Below are positions 49,686-60,469 of a stretch of DNA of 64,000 nt, piece by piece; within the stretch, counting starts at the first letter, position 1; every line of letters begins with the position of its first letter. The stretch is from the NCBI GenBank assembly GCA_965372795.1, contig CBDVDR010000002.1, positions 160,001-224,000 on the forward strand, given 5' to 3'. This stretch comes from an uncultured bacterium (GTDB taxonomy: Bacteria > Zixibacteria > MSB-5A5 > GN15 > FEB-12). The notes beneath the pieces were generated by a model that saw nothing but the letters and a program-made list of their open reading frames with translations, was not told the DNA's origin and made no database searches. The position numbers and the translations under genes were made by a program.

Positions 49686-50765
49686 ATGTATTTTTCATTG
49701 CCAACAGAGTATCGTGAAGCAAGTATTGATGATCTTAAAGAACGGATCACACTCGCCAAAAACAGACTGGGTGAGAGACTTTGTATATTAGCTCATCATT
49801 ATCAGCGGGTTGATATTGTTGAATTTGGTGACCATGTCGGCGACAGTTATGGTTTATCAAAAATAGCAGCCGAGAACAAGGATGTTGAAACAATTGTTTT
49901 TTGCGGTGTCCATTTTATGGCGGAAGCGGCGGATATTTTAACCGATGAATCAAAATCGGTTTATTTGCCCAACCCGTTAGCGGGCTGTCCGATGGCTGAT
50001 ATGGCGGAGATGGCAGATGTCATGATTGCCTGGGAGCAGCTTGAAAAAATTGGCGGTGATGAACGAGTTATGCCGATTTCATATATGAATACTGCCGCCG
50101 GATTAAAAGCTTTTACGGGTCGTCACGGAGGATTGATCTGTACTTCCTCCAATGCTGCCGCTGCTTTAGATTATGGTTTTTCAAATCGGGAAAAGATATT
50201 TTTCTTCCCTGATCAACATCTGGGTCGTAACACAGCTTTAGCTTATGGGATTAAACCAGATGAGATCGTGGTTTGGGATTTCATGAAAGATTTGGGCGGG
50301 GTAACTACCGAAGAACTTGAACAGGCAAAAATAATTCTCTGGAAAGGGCATTGCCATGTCCATACCAATTTTACTGCGACTCATGTTGAAGAGATAAGAA
50401 GCAAGTATCCGGATGTAAAAGTTGTGGTTCACCCTGAGTGTCCACACGAGGTTGTAAAATTGGCTGATAGCTTCGGATCGACCAAACATATCGTAGAATT
50501 TTGTGAAAAAGCTCCTACCGGATCGACAATAGCAATCGGAACAGAAATTAACCTGATTAATCGGATGGCAAAAAACTATCCTGATAAGACTATAATAGAA
50601 CTTTCGGGACAGACTTGCCCGGTGTGTGCCAATATGTATCGTACCACGCTGAATGATCTGGCTTATACACTTGAAAATTACGAGACAATAAAACCTATTA
50701 AAGTTGTTGAACCAGTTCGGGGTGAAGCATTATTAGCACTTGAGAAAATGCTGAAAATACAATAG
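49686..50765 (+). CDS. nadA: Quinolinate synthase
   Basis: LAHHYQR, FCGVHFMAE, AGCPMADM, CTSSNA and HPEC motifs. Confidence 0.96.
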   Translation: MYFSLPTEYREASIDDLKERITLAKNRLGERLCILAHHYQRVDIVEFGDHVGDSYGLSKIAAENKDVETIVFCGVHFMAEAADILTDESKSVYLPNPLAGCPMADMAEMADVMIAWEQLEKIGGDERVMPISYMNTAAGLKAFTGRHGGLICTSSNAAAALDYGFSNREKIFFFPDQHLGRNTALAYGIKPDEIVVWDFMKDLGGVTTEELEQAKIILWKGHCHVHTNFTATHVEEIRSKYPDVKVVVHPECPHEVVKLADSFGSTKHIVEFCEKAPTGSTIAIGTEINLINRMAKNYPDKTIIELSGQTCPVCANMYRTTLNDLAYTLENYETIKPIKVVEPVRGEALLALEKMLKIQ

Positions 50766-50860
50766 GGTTAAAGGGCTTATAAAAACTTGACTACATGGGT
50801 AGATGATCTATATTTAGCTGAATTTTAAAATTAGATAATAATATATAAGGATAAATCAAA

Positions 50861-52219
50861 ATGGCAGTAGATGTTGTAGTTCCTCAGATGGGTGAATCGG
50901 TTTTAGAAGGGACAATCTTAGAGTGGAAAGTTAAAGTCGGCGATAAAATCAAAATCAATCAACCTCTGGTTGAGTTGATGACAGATAAAGTAAATGTTGA
51001 GATTCCGGCGGAAGTTGATGGTATTTTAGCCGGTATTTTTGTAAAAGAGGGTGATGTTGTTCCGGTTGGAGCAAGGATTGCTTCTATTGATGATGGTTCC
51101 CCCGATAAACCTGCCGCCGCACCTAAGAAAGCTGAGACAAAAGCTCCGGCTCCTCAGACGACAGCCAAGGCTCCTGAGGCAGCACCGGCACCTGTTAAAG
51201 CAGTTGCCAAAGCGACAGCTACTATTGGCAAAGGGAAAATGTCTCCTAAAGTTAAAATGCTTATTCGTCAGTATTCGATTGATCCTTCAACAATAACGCC
51301 TACCGGAAAAAATGGTTTAGTGACTGTTGATGATGTTATGCTGACGGTTGAGTCGCGTACTGTCGGGGCAGGATTCAGTACCGGTCCGGTTCCTTCACCG
51401 TCACTTCCATCGCTGCCGACGATAACAAAAAATCTTGATACGGCTATTTCAGAAGCTGCTAAAAAAGCACCTAATTTCAAAGTTGAGATTCCGGTTTTTG
51501 AAGCTCTTCCACAAAATATTCGTGAGCGTCATCTGCCTTTGGAAGGGATTAGAAAAATCATATCAGATCATATGGTTCATTCGGTTCAGAAGGCAACCCA
51601 TGTGACAACGTTTGAAGATATTGATCTGACAGAATTAACCAATTATCGCAACTCTATTAAAGAGCAGTTCAAAGCTGACTACGGGGTGAATATTACTTAT
51701 ATGCCATACATTGCCAAAGCTGTGTGTGCGGCGTTAAAGGAATATCCAAAAATTAACGCCTCGATGACTGAAAAAGAGATCATTTATAAAAATTATTATA
51801 ATATTGGAATCGCTGTTGCACGCGAGGAAGGTCTTATCGTTCCGGTCATAAAAGATGCCGATAAGAAAACAATCGTTGAACTAGCAGTTGAGATTGCGAG
51901 TCTTGGTGAGAAATCGCGCACTAACAGACTTTTGCCGGATGATGTTTCCGGTGGAACTTTTTCATTAACTAATGCCGGTATGTTTGGCGCCGGGGCTTCG
52001 ACTCCGATTATTAATCAACCCCAATCGGCAATTTTGGGAATCCATGCAATTTCGAAAAGACCATGGGTTATCAATGATGAGATCGTGATCAGACATATTT
52101 CAACTTTCGCGTTATCATTTGACCATAGATTAATTGATGGCCATGAAGCGGTTCAGTTCCTGCATCGTGTCCATGAGTTCCTTTCCGACCTTAAAAAACT
52201 AATGCTTTATTTACGGTAA
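50861..52219 (+). CDS. 2-oxoacid dehydrogenase E2 (dihydrolipoamide acyltransferase)
   Basis: Lipoyl domain TDKVNVE, E3-binding domain, catalytic FDHRLIDG. Confidence 0.93.
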   Translation: MAVDVVVPQMGESVLEGTILEWKVKVGDKIKINQPLVELMTDKVNVEIPAEVDGILAGIFVKEGDVVPVGARIASIDDGSPDKPAAAPKKAETKAPAPQTTAKAPEAAPAPVKAVAKATATIGKGKMSPKVKMLIRQYSIDPSTITPTGKNGLVTVDDVMLTVESRTVGAGFSTGPVPSPSLPSLPTITKNLDTAISEAAKKAPNFKVEIPVFEALPQNIRERHLPLEGIRKIISDHMVHSVQKATHVTTFEDIDLTELTNYRNSIKEQFKADYGVNITYMPYIAKAVCAALKEYPKINASMTEKEIIYKNYYNIGIAVAREEGLIVPVIKDADKKTIVELAVEIASLGEKSRTNRLLPDDVSGGTFSLTNAGMFGAGASTPIINQPQSAILGIHAISKRPWVINDEIVIRHISTFALSFDHRLIDGHEAVQFLHRVHEFLSDLKKLMLYLR

Positions 52220-52923
52220 TGAAGAAAATCGTAGATAACGACCTCTGCGGGTGGGTGCTTGAACTTGGAAAGATAGAGTTTGAACTTGCTCATACCTGGC
52301 AGAAGGGGCTGGTCAAAATGCGTAAAGAGGGGATGGCGCGTGATACAATTATTTTCGTTGAACACCCTCCGGTAATAACCGTTGGGAAAGATGGCCACGA
52401 GGATAATTACAAAGATTTAGATCCAGCTCCGATAAAAATTGAGCGCGGCGGTGATGTCACGTATCATGGTCCCGGACAGCTCGTGATATATTTTATTTTT
52501 AATCTAAACCGGCGGGGTAAAGACCTGCATGATTTTATGAATAAAGTTCAAGCCGGAATGATTAATGCACTGGGTAAGTTTAAAATAGATGCAAAGAAGG
52601 GTGAGAAATATACCGGTGTCTGGGTGGGAGAAAAGAAAATCGCCTCAATTGGAATTGCTGTCAAGAACTGGATAACATTTCATGGGGCGGCGTTGAATCT
52701 TAATACTGATTTAAGCGAATTTAAAGCAATTAATCCATGTGGATTGGATGCCGAGACAATGGTTTCAGTGAATAAGTTGTTGAATAAAAAAGTAGATATG
52801 AAAGCGATGCAAAAAGTTTTGCTTGAAGAATATTCTAAAATATTCGATACTGTTTTTTATCCGATAAAATTAGACGGACTTGCAGAGGATATTGAATCAC
52901 AGGCAGGCGGATATACTATCTAA
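52219..52923 (+). CDS. lipB: Octanoyltransferase
   Basis: EHPPVITVG, RGGDVTYHGPGQL, KIASIG, HG.ALN and INPCG motifs. Confidence 0.95.
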   Translation: MKKIVDNDLCGWVLELGKIEFELAHTWQKGLVKMRKEGMARDTIIFVEHPPVITVGKDGHEDNYKDLDPAPIKIERGGDVTYHGPGQLVIYFIFNLNRRGKDLHDFMNKVQAGMINALGKFKIDAKKGEKYTGVWVGEKKIASIGIAVKNWITFHGAALNLNTDLSEFKAINPCGLDAETMVSVNKLLNKKVDMKAMQKVLLEEYSKIFDTVFYPIKLDGLAEDIESQAGGYTI

Positions 52924-52955
52924 GTATATCAATTCTGTTTGAGAAGAAAGGAAAT

Positions 52956-53708
52956 ATGGAGAAGGAACTCAAAGGAAAAGTTGCTTTTGTTTCTGGAGGA
53001 ACAAAGGGGATTGGCTTAGAGATCTCCCGCAAACTTGCTGAAAAGGGTGCGAATGTTGTAATTAATTATTTCAGGTCGCGACAGTCAGCGAATGATGCGG
53101 TTGAAGAGATTAAAAAGTTTGGCGTAGAATGTTATGCTCATCGAGCTAATATTGGAAATCCTGATCAGCTTCCGGCGATTTTTGACGGGATCAAAGAAAG
53201 ATTCGGGAAACTTGATATTCTGGTTTCAAACGCAGCCCTGGGTCTGTTTACCAATATGCTTGACATTGATGATAAAGCCTGGGATCTATCTATGCACACC
53301 AATGCTCGAGCATTTTTGCATTGTATTCAATTAGGTACTCCGTTAATGCCGGACAATAGCCGGATTGTATCGCTGTCATCATTGGGTTCAATCAGATATA
53401 TACCAGGATATGCCTCTATCGGAGTTTCCAAAGCAGCGATTGAAAATATTGTCAAATATGCTGCTATTGAATTAGCAGAAAAACGGATTACGGTTAATTG
53501 TGTTTCCGGCGGATTTATTGATACCAATGCTTTAAAAGTATTCCCTAATTATGAAGAGATGCTTGAAGGAGTCAAAGAGCGGACACCATTTAAAAGAGTT
53601 GGAACACCGGCCGAGATTGCAGATGTGGTCGTTTTTATGGCTGGTCCGAAAGCCAGCTGGATTACCGGACAGACTATTATTGTTGATGGCGGTTATTCGT
53701 TGATGTAG
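52956..53708 (+). CDS. SDR oxidoreductase, FabL-like enoyl-ACP reductase
   Basis: GGTKGIG, SNAA.G and SSLGSIRYIPGY..IGVSKAA motifs. Confidence 0.8.
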   Translation: MEKELKGKVAFVSGGTKGIGLEISRKLAEKGANVVINYFRSRQSANDAVEEIKKFGVECYAHRANIGNPDQLPAIFDGIKERFGKLDILVSNAALGLFTNMLDIDDKAWDLSMHTNARAFLHCIQLGTPLMPDNSRIVSLSSLGSIRYIPGYASIGVSKAAIENIVKYAAIELAEKRITVNCVSGGFIDTNALKVFPNYEEMLEGVKERTPFKRVGTPAEIADVVVFMAGPKASWITGQTIIVDGGYSLM

Positions 53709-53741
53709 AAGGATAGAAGAGCCACTTTTTATTATAAATTT

Positions 53742-53773
53742 AAGTCAGGATCGTTTTGGTCCTGACTTTTTTT
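53742..53773. terminator. Terminator between convergent genes
   Basis: AAGTCAGGA...TCCTGACTT followed by a T-run. Confidence 0.75.
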
Positions 53774-54938
53774 ATTTGGCGCGGAGGGCGTTGATGATTT
53801 TCATGCGCGATGCTGATACCGCCGGTAGAAAACCGCCGATTATTCCCATCGTAATTGAAAAGATCATAGCTCCTAAAATAATATCTGATGAAATTTCAAA
53901 AGAGAAGGCAAGTTCGGCAAAGGTGTCCCAGTTGGTTGTGGAAACTTCAAGAAACCGTAAGAATGAGGCACCGATAATTCCTAAGATGCCGGAGATGATT
54001 GAAATTAAAATAGCTTCTATTAAAAAAGTAGCCAAAATATTTCTACGCCTGAAACCCAAAGCTCTCAGAGTACCGATCTCTTTGGTCCGATTCGCAACCG
54101 AAGCATACATCGTAATCATCGCCCCGACAATAGCTCCGAGTGAGAAGAAGATGCTAACCACCATTCCGAGGACATTTATAAAAGTGGTTGTCATAACAGA
54201 TTGTTTGGCGTAATAATCTTTTTCATGGTGAACTTCAAGCGTCAGTCTCGGATCGATTTCAATTCTTTTTTTCATGGCTTCAAATTCATCAGGGGATGTT
54301 AATCTAAAAGTCAGTGATGAGGCGATAGGCCGGTCGAAGGCGTCCTGGAGCTGTCTGTTATCTCCCCAGAGTTCCGATTCGAAACCGGAACCGTTATCTT
54401 TGAAAATCCCAACCACGGTCCAGTCTCGATTTCCAAAGCGGACCGATTCACCCAGCCCGCACCCGTTAAAATTATTTGCCACTTTTGCACCGGCAATAAT
54501 TTCAGAAGTGCCCTCGTGCCACATCCGCCCCTCAACAATTTCAACATTGGAACGAAGTTTGATAGACATCTCGGTCACACCGCGGACCGGGATATTACTG
54601 GGTTCATCATTGCTGCGTTTGTTTTGTATTATCAATACAAGCATTTCATTGGTGAACATAAGCGAGCCGTCGGTGTCCGATTTGATAGACGGGTCTGCTT
54701 TGGCGATATTGATTTGATCCTGAAAAATTATCGACATCACTTCACTTTGAGAAGCTTTACGGATAATAATGCCGTTGTTGTCCTGACCTGTTTCAGCCAG
54801 AGTTGTATTCATGCCATGAGAAAGCATCAGAACCGCAGCAAAAACGAACACAACCAAAGCCAAGCCGAATACGGTTAAGCCGGTAGTTAATTTTCGGGCA
54901 ATAATATTTTTAAAAGTATAACTTACAAGTAACGGCAT
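53772..54938 (-). CDS. MacB/FtsX-family ABC permease
   Basis: RTKEIGTLRALGF; 1+3 TM layout. Confidence 0.9.
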   Translation of the reverse strand: MPLLVSYTFKNIIARKLTTGLTVFGLALVVFVFAAVLMLSHGMNTTLAETGQDNNGIIIRKASQSEVMSIIFQDQINIAKADPSIKSDTDGSLMFTNEMLVLIIQNKRSNDEPSNIPVRGVTEMSIKLRSNVEIVEGRMWHEGTSEIIAGAKVANNFNGCGLGESVRFGNRDWTVVGIFKDNGSGFESELWGDNRQLQDAFDRPIASSLTFRLTSPDEFEAMKKRIEIDPRLTLEVHHEKDYYAKQSVMTTTFINVLGMVVSIFFSLGAIVGAMITMYASVANRTKEIGTLRALGFRRRNILATFLIEAILISIISGILGIIGASFLRFLEVSTTNWDTFAELAFSFEISSDIILGAMIFSITMGIIGGFLPAVSASRMKIINALRAK

Positions 54939-54945
54939 AATTTCC

Positions 54946-56103
54946 TCAATCGATTATTCTTAAGCCATCAACAATTGGCGTTTTTAAAGCTTTTATGGAT
55001 GGGAAAATGGCGGCTACCAATCCCACCAGAAGTGATGCCCCCATAGCCAGAATTGGTGTCATGGTGCCAACTACAAAGACCGGAAACCAATCGCTGATAG
55101 CAATAAACACTAATTTGGTAATCGGAACAGTAAGTACCAGGCCCAGTACTCCTCCCAAAATTGCAATTATGATAGATTCACCAAAGATCATTCCGATTAT
55201 ATGATGGGGTCTGAATCCCAGAGTTTTCATAACAGCATATTCAGAGATTCTTTCACGAGCGGTCATTGCCATAGTATTTGCCAGAACCAATAGAATAATT
55301 CCTATTACGAGAATTGAGATTATTTTTAAACCGGTTACAATTGATGATGCCATGGAAACAAAGCTCAATTGGAACGATTCTTCAGTTTCGGTAAGGGTTT
55401 CTGCTAATGAATTTTCAAATAGTTTATCAATTTGCTGCGAGATGTTTGCGGCCTGACTCGGATCATCAATTTGAACAGCAAACATGCCGACCCCACCGGC
55501 AAGAGGCGGAAATTCTTTACGCATCCGTTCATCTAAGTAATCATACCGGAATAAAAATTGTGATTCATCGGTGGTTTCTTTTTTTCCGGTGTAAATTCCT
55601 TTTATAATAAAACCCCAATCACCGGGAAAGATTGTGCCGGTAATTTGAACCTGATCACCTAAGGACCAGCCAAAACGATCAGCCAGTTTCCTTCCGACAA
55701 TACAACTGTTTCTTTGGCTGTTAAAGGCTTCCAAATGTTCCGGCTCAATAATAAAATCATTGTAAATTTCCAGATAGTTTTCATGGTCGATTGAAAATTG
55801 GGCAAAGAAATTTTTTGGGTCGATATAAACACCGCCAAACCATTGGGCATGGGCTATTTTGGAAATCCCTTCAATTTTTTCAATCTTATTGCGGTAGCTA
55901 AGGGGAAGGCTGAAGGTGAGTGAAACAGCATGTCTGACAATCAAGCGGTTAGGGGAGGCGGCTTCGGCTTGTGAATACCAGGCTGAAACGGTGGTCCTGA
56001 TCACAATAAATGCCATAACCGCAATTGCCAATCCGAAGATTGTTAAAAAAGTACGGAGTTTATGACGAAAGGCATTTTTGGTGATGAGTTTTAAAAATTT
56101 CAT
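54946..56103 (-). CDS. MacB/FtsX-family ABC permease
   Basis: [15 protein letters not shown]; 1+3 TM layout. Confidence 0.9.
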   Translation of the reverse strand: MKFLKLITKNAFRHKLRTFLTIFGLAIAVMAFIVIRTTVSAWYSQAEAASPNRLIVRHAVSLTFSLPLSYRNKIEKIEGISKIAHAQWFGGVYIDPKNFFAQFSIDHENYLEIYNDFIIEPEHLEAFNSQRNSCIVGRKLADRFGWSLGDQVQITGTIFPGDWGFIIKGIYTGKKETTDESQFLFRYDYLDERMRKEFPPLAGGVGMFAVQIDDPSQAANISQQIDKLFENSLAETLTETEESFQLSFVSMASSIVTGLKIISILVIGIILLVLANTMAMTARERISEYAVMKTLGFRPHHIIGMIFGESIIIAILGGVLGLVLTVPITKLVFIAISDWFPVFVVGTMTPILAMGASLLVGLVAAIFPSIKALKTPIVDGLRIID

Positions 56104-56780
56104 GCCGGCAACAGTTCCCCTTTATCAAGGTTTCGAACCGAGTCTGCTTTTTCTGTTGCCCGGGGATCATGGGTTACCATGATAATAGTTTTTTTGTACT
56201 CGCTGTTTAATCTGGACAGCAGGTTCATAATATCTTCTGCCGACTGCTTGTCGAGATCGCCGGTTGGTTCATCAGCTAAGATCAAATCAGGGTCGGTGAC
56301 AATGGCGCGGGCGATGGCTACCCTTTGTTCCTGTCCGCCGGAAAGTTGATTCGGATAATGACGCATCCTGTCTCCCAAGCCGACAATTTGTAAAGCTGTT
56401 TCAACCTGTTGACGGCGTTCTTTTTTATTCAGTTTGGTCAGAAGGAGAGGAAGTTCGACATTTTCAAAGGCGGTTAAGACCGGCATCAAATTATAGAATT
56501 GGAAAACAAATCCGATGGTGCGACTGCGCCAGTTAGCAAGTTTTGATTCTGAGAGTTCAGATACGTTTTCTCCACCAACAAAAATAGATCCTCTGGAAGG
56601 TCGATCAATACCGGCGATTAAATTCAATAAGGTTGTTTTGCCTGAACCGGACGGTCCCATCAAGGCGATAAATTGTCCGATTTTAATTTCAAGTTCAATG
56701 CCGTGAAGGACAGGGATTTCGATTGTGTCCCGCCAGTATGATTTATGTACCGATTGTACGTTTACAAGAACTTCTGACAT
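56100..56780 (-). CDS. ABC ATP-binding protein (LolD/MacB-like)
   Basis: [23 protein letters not shown]. Confidence 0.95.
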   Translation of the reverse strand: MSEVLVNVQSVHKSYWRDTIEIPVLHGIELEIKIGQFIALMGPSGSGKTTLLNLIAGIDRPSRGSIFVGGENVSELSESKLANWRSRTIGFVFQFYNLMPVLTAFENVELPLLLTKLNKKERRQQVETALQIVGLGDRMRHYPNQLSGGQEQRVAIARAIVTDPDLILADEPTGDLDKQSAEDIMNLLSRLNSEYKKTIIMVTHDPRATEKADSVRNLDKGELLPA

Positions 56781-56794
56781 TTGTTACCTTTTAT

Positions 56795-57991
56795 TTAATA
56801 TGATAATTCAACTTTTTGATCGGTTTTCATTTTACCGGGAGGAGACAGAACCAGTTTGTCACCCTGAGTTACTCCGTTTAATATTTCGGTTTTATCGCCT
56901 AAAACTCTGCCAAGTTCGACCATCGTTTGAGTTACGTAACCATCCTGAACGATAAAAACAACTTTTTGGTCATCTCTGGTAGTTATAGCACTATTGGGAA
57001 TACCAATCACAGGTTTTGTTGTAATATTTGATGGAGCACTGTCTTCAAAAAAGAAATTAACCCGGGCAGACATTTCGGGAAGAACTTTGCTATCAATCTC
57101 GACAAAAGCAATTTTAGTCATGACGGTTGCCCGCGTTCTGTCGGCAGTGGGGACGATTTTTTTAACATAGCCGGGGTAGGGATTGTTGGGGTAAGCATCC
57201 AGAATAATTTCACATTTTTGCTCACGCGAAACTTTGTTAATATTCGATTCTGATACATCAGCTTCAACTTCAAGCGAATTCATGTCAGCGAGAGTTACAA
57301 CCGAACCTTTTGAAGATGGCGAAGAGGCAAAGGGAGCAACAATCTCCCCGACGTCAGCATTTTTACTCAGGATCGTTCCATCAAAGGGGGCTTTAATATA
57401 GGTGTTTTCAAGATCAACTTTTGCGGCATTCACCGCCGCTTTGGCGCCGGCAACATTTGCTTTTGATATTTCGACGGCTGTTTCAGCATATTCAAAGTCA
57501 GTCTCTGTAATAGAACCGGAATTGAAGAGTTTTTTATTTCGTTTGAATTGTCGTTCGGTATTAGAAAGATCAGCCGAGGCTTTCAACAGTTCAGCTTTGG
57601 CAATTTCGAGATAGGCTTTGATATCATTGTTATCAAGTTCAGCAATAATTTCATTCGCTTTAACCTGATCGCCTTCTTCGAAACCAAGGAATTTCAATCG
57701 TCCGGTACCTTTGGAGGCTACTTCAGCTTTTCGCTGAGCCACAACATACCCGGTTGCGACCAATGAGGCTTGGGATTCTGAACCGGTGATTAAAGTAGCG
57801 GTTGCGATTTTTACTTTTGTCGCAGGGGTTAATTTTTCTTTGAATAATTGATAAGAGAAAATTACAGCAATAATGACAACAAGTATGATGAGATAAGTCC
57901 AGATTTTGCTTTTGGGCCGGTCATCATATTTTTTTGTTTTGTCAATTTTTAGGGCAGAGAGATCAGGTCTTTTATTTGTCTCCGACATCAA
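56795..57991 (-). CDS. Periplasmic adaptor / membrane fusion protein (MacA-like)
   Basis: N-terminal TM, helical hairpin, IKAPFDG, EADVSES. Confidence 0.9.
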   Translation of the reverse strand: MMSETNKRPDLSALKIDKTKKYDDRPKSKIWTYLIILVVIIAVIFSYQLFKEKLTPATKVKIATATLITGSESQASLVATGYVVAQRKAEVASKGTGRLKFLGFEEGDQVKANEIIAELDNNDIKAYLEIAKAELLKASADLSNTERQFKRNKKLFNSGSITETDFEYAETAVEISKANVAGAKAAVNAAKVDLENTYIKAPFDGTILSKNADVGEIVAPFASSPSSKGSVVTLADMNSLEVEADVSESNINKVSREQKCEIILDAYPNNPYPGYVKKIVPTADRTRATVMTKIAFVEIDSKVLPEMSARVNFFFEDSAPSNITTKPVIGIPNSAITTRDDQKVVFIVQDGYVTQTMVELGRVLGDKTEILNGVTQGDKLVLSPPGKMKTDQKVELSY

Positions 57992-58084
57992 TTTGTTCCA
58001 TATGTAATGGTTAATATTGGAGTAAAAAAATAAACTTAAATTTTGTTTAAGTAAAGACTAAAATATTAAATGTGATATTAATAT

Positions 58085-58396
58085 TTACCAGATGCCGAGC
58101 ACGTCTTTCGCCGCATCGGAACACATCTCATTCGGATCCCATGGCGGATCCCAAACAAGTGTAACTTTAACATTTGTAACGCCATCAAGTTTTTCGGCTT
58201 CACGATGAACCATAGAAACCAGCATTTCACCATAAGGACAAGCCGGAGTTGTTAGAGTCATTTTAACTTCAACTTCACCAGCATCGCTGATAATAGCATC
58301 GTAGATAAGTCCCAAATCAACAATTCCAACCCTGATTTCAGGGTCGTGAATCGGTTTTAATACTTCGATTATTTCATCTTTAGTAGGTATAGGCAT
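58085..58396 (-). CDS. DUF59/SufT-like Fe-S assembly protein
   Basis: DPEI...IVDLGLIY, MTLTTPACP, WDPPW. Confidence 0.92.
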   Translation of the reverse strand: MPIPTKDEIIEVLKPIHDPEIRVGIVDLGLIYDAIISDAGEVEVKMTLTTPACPYGEMLVSMVHREAEKLDGVTNVKVTLVWDPPWDPNEMCSDAAKDVLGIW

Positions 58397-58398
58397 AA

Positions 58399-58872
58399 TT
58401 AACTTTCTTCAGTATTGGTTTTACTCTGGTCTTTACCTTCCTGATAATTTTTGACTCCATCTAAAAAGGTAACCCAGGATAGCAGTGCACATTTCACCCT
58501 GACAGGGAAGTTCCGAACCCCTTTGAGGGCATCAAGGTCTTCAAACTCTTCAGGAACCTCGACTTCTTCGCCTATTAGCATTTTTTTAACCAGTTCTGCA
58601 ATTCGTTTGACTTCTTCAAGTGATCTGCCTTTTGAGATTTCGGCAAACATTGATCCGGATGCAACCGATATGGCGCACCCACGACAACTGACATAGACAT
58701 CTTTGATATTGTCATCGCTAATTTCGACCTCTAAATTGATTTCATCGCCACATGAAGGATTCATACCTTCAGAAGCAATATCCGATTTTTTCAGAGGCTT
58801 TTTGCCCCGAGGTGAACGATAATGATCAAGGATAATGTCCCGGTACATATCATCTAAGTTTTCATCGCTCAT
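58399..58872 (-). CDS. sufU: SUF NifU-family protein
   Basis: YRDIILDHY, NPSCGD, GCAIS.AS.S and RVKCALL motifs. Confidence 0.93.
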   Translation of the reverse strand: MSDENLDDMYRDIILDHYRSPRGKKPLKKSDIASEGMNPSCGDEINLEVEISDDNIKDVYVSCRGCAISVASGSMFAEISKGRSLEEVKRIAELVKKMLIGEEVEVPEEFEDLDALKGVRNFPVRVKCALLSWVTFLDGVKNYQEGKDQSKTNTEES

Positions 58873-60152
58873 ACGCCAAAGTATCTCCTCATAGAAGTTA
58901 AAGACTCAAACAGAGCATCAATATCAGTTTCATCGTTATATATATACAAAGATGCTCTTGCTGTGGCAACTTTTCCCATAATTCTCATTAGCGGCTGGGC
59001 GCAGTGATGTCCGGCACGGATAGCAATACCTTTTGAGTCGAGATAGGTGCTAATGTCGTGGGGGTGGATGTCTTTATCGGTAAAAGAAATCGCCCCGCCG
59101 CGCTGGTCAGGTTCCTGAGGACCCTGAATTTCCAAACCTTCAATTTGTGATAATTTTTCAAGAGCATAAGCGGTAAGATCAATCTCATGCTGGCGAATTT
59201 TATCCATCCCGATATCTTCCAGATATTTTAAAGCGGCATCAAAGGCAACAACATCGGCAATATTCGGAGTGCCGGCTTCAAATTTGTTAGGGATTTCGTT
59301 CCATGTAATTTTATCAAACCGTACTTCTCGAATCATTTCTCCGCCCATATTAAAGGGGGGCATTTCTTCAAGAAGGTGTTTTTTTCCATAAAGAATACCA
59401 ACGCCGGTTGGTCCCAGCATTTTATGAGATGAGAAGGTATAAAAATCAACGCCCAATTCTTTAACATCAATCGGCATATGAGGGGCAGACTGGGCACCAT
59501 CGGCAAGGACTATGGCTCCAACCTTGTGGGCTTTTTCTGTGATTTCTTTAATCGGGTTTATGGTTCCCAAAACATTCGACATATGGCAGATTGCAACCAG
59601 TTTTGTTTTTTTGGTCAGGATGTTGTCGATATCACTCAAATCAAGATGACCGCAAAGAGTGATGGGAATCCGCTTGAGAATAGCCTTTTTCTTTTTGGCG
59701 AGAATTACCCAGGGAACCAAATTGGCGTGATGTTCCATTTCGGAAATAACAATTTCGTCGCCTTCTTTGATATTTTCATCTGCCCAGGTGTAATAGAGCA
59801 GGTTGATTGCTTCGGTTGTACCGCGTGTAAAAATAATTTCTTCCGGTTCAACGCCGCCGATAAATTTAGCCACATGAACCCTTGTTTTTTCATAAGATTC
59901 AGTTGCCCGTTCAGCCAGAGTATGCAACCCGCGATGGATATTAGAATTTGATTTACGATAGAATTCTAATATGGAATTTATCACAGCTCTGGGCTTTTGA
60001 GTCGAAGCGGCATTGTCAAGATAAACCAGACGGTTGCCGTTGATCTTCTCTTTCAGAATCGGGAAATCGGCTTTAATCAATTCAACATCAAGAGCGTCAG
60101 TTTTATTGACTGCAATGATTTCACCTTTTTCGTTTGATACAAGTTTTCCCAC
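58869..60152 (-). CDS. sufS: Cysteine desulfurase
   Basis: YLDNAASTQKP, EHHANLVPW, SSHKMLGPTG and RAGHHCAQP motifs. Confidence 0.96.
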   Translation of the reverse strand: MGKLVSNEKGEIIAVNKTDALDVELIKADFPILKEKINGNRLVYLDNAASTQKPRAVINSILEFYRKSNSNIHRGLHTLAERATESYEKTRVHVAKFIGGVEPEEIIFTRGTTEAINLLYYTWADENIKEGDEIVISEMEHHANLVPWVILAKKKKAILKRIPITLCGHLDLSDIDNILTKKTKLVAICHMSNVLGTINPIKEITEKAHKVGAIVLADGAQSAPHMPIDVKELGVDFYTFSSHKMLGPTGVGILYGKKHLLEEMPPFNMGGEMIREVRFDKITWNEIPNKFEAGTPNIADVVAFDAALKYLEDIGMDKIRQHEIDLTAYALEKLSQIEGLEIQGPQEPDQRGGAISFTDKDIHPHDISTYLDSKGIAIRAGHHCAQPLMRIMGKVATARASLYIYNDETDIDALFESLTSMRRYFGV

Positions 60153-60154
60153 TC

Positions 60155-60469
60155 TTAATCTCCTACTTTTACCAGGATGTTATTACCATCTATTTTAATC
60201 TCAAAAGTTTCCAAAGGCACGATTGCAGGCGGAGCTTTGACAGCACCATTTGTAACATCAAATTTTGCCCCATGCCTGGGACACATAAGAATATTATTTT
60301 TTAATCGTCCAGTACTAATCGGAGCAGAATCGTGGGAACATTCATCTTCAATAGCATAGAATTTCCCATCAACATTGCAAATTAATATTCTTTCAAAATC
60401 AATTTCAAAAGTTTTCATCTGTCCTAATTCTATTTCCGAAACATTGGCTACTTTTTTGAATTCACCCAT
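60155..60469 (-). CDS. Rieske-type ferredoxin
   Basis: CSH...CPRHG. Confidence 0.92.
   Translation of the reverse strand: MGEFKKVANVSEIELGQMKTFEIDFERILICNVDGKFYAIEDECSHDSAPISTGRLKNNILMCPRHGAKFDVTNGAVKAPPAIVPLETFEIKIDGNNILVKVGD

Noticed and set aside
53772..57991. Two-permease MacAB-type exporter as a novelty
   Set aside because: Common architecture; no cargo evident.
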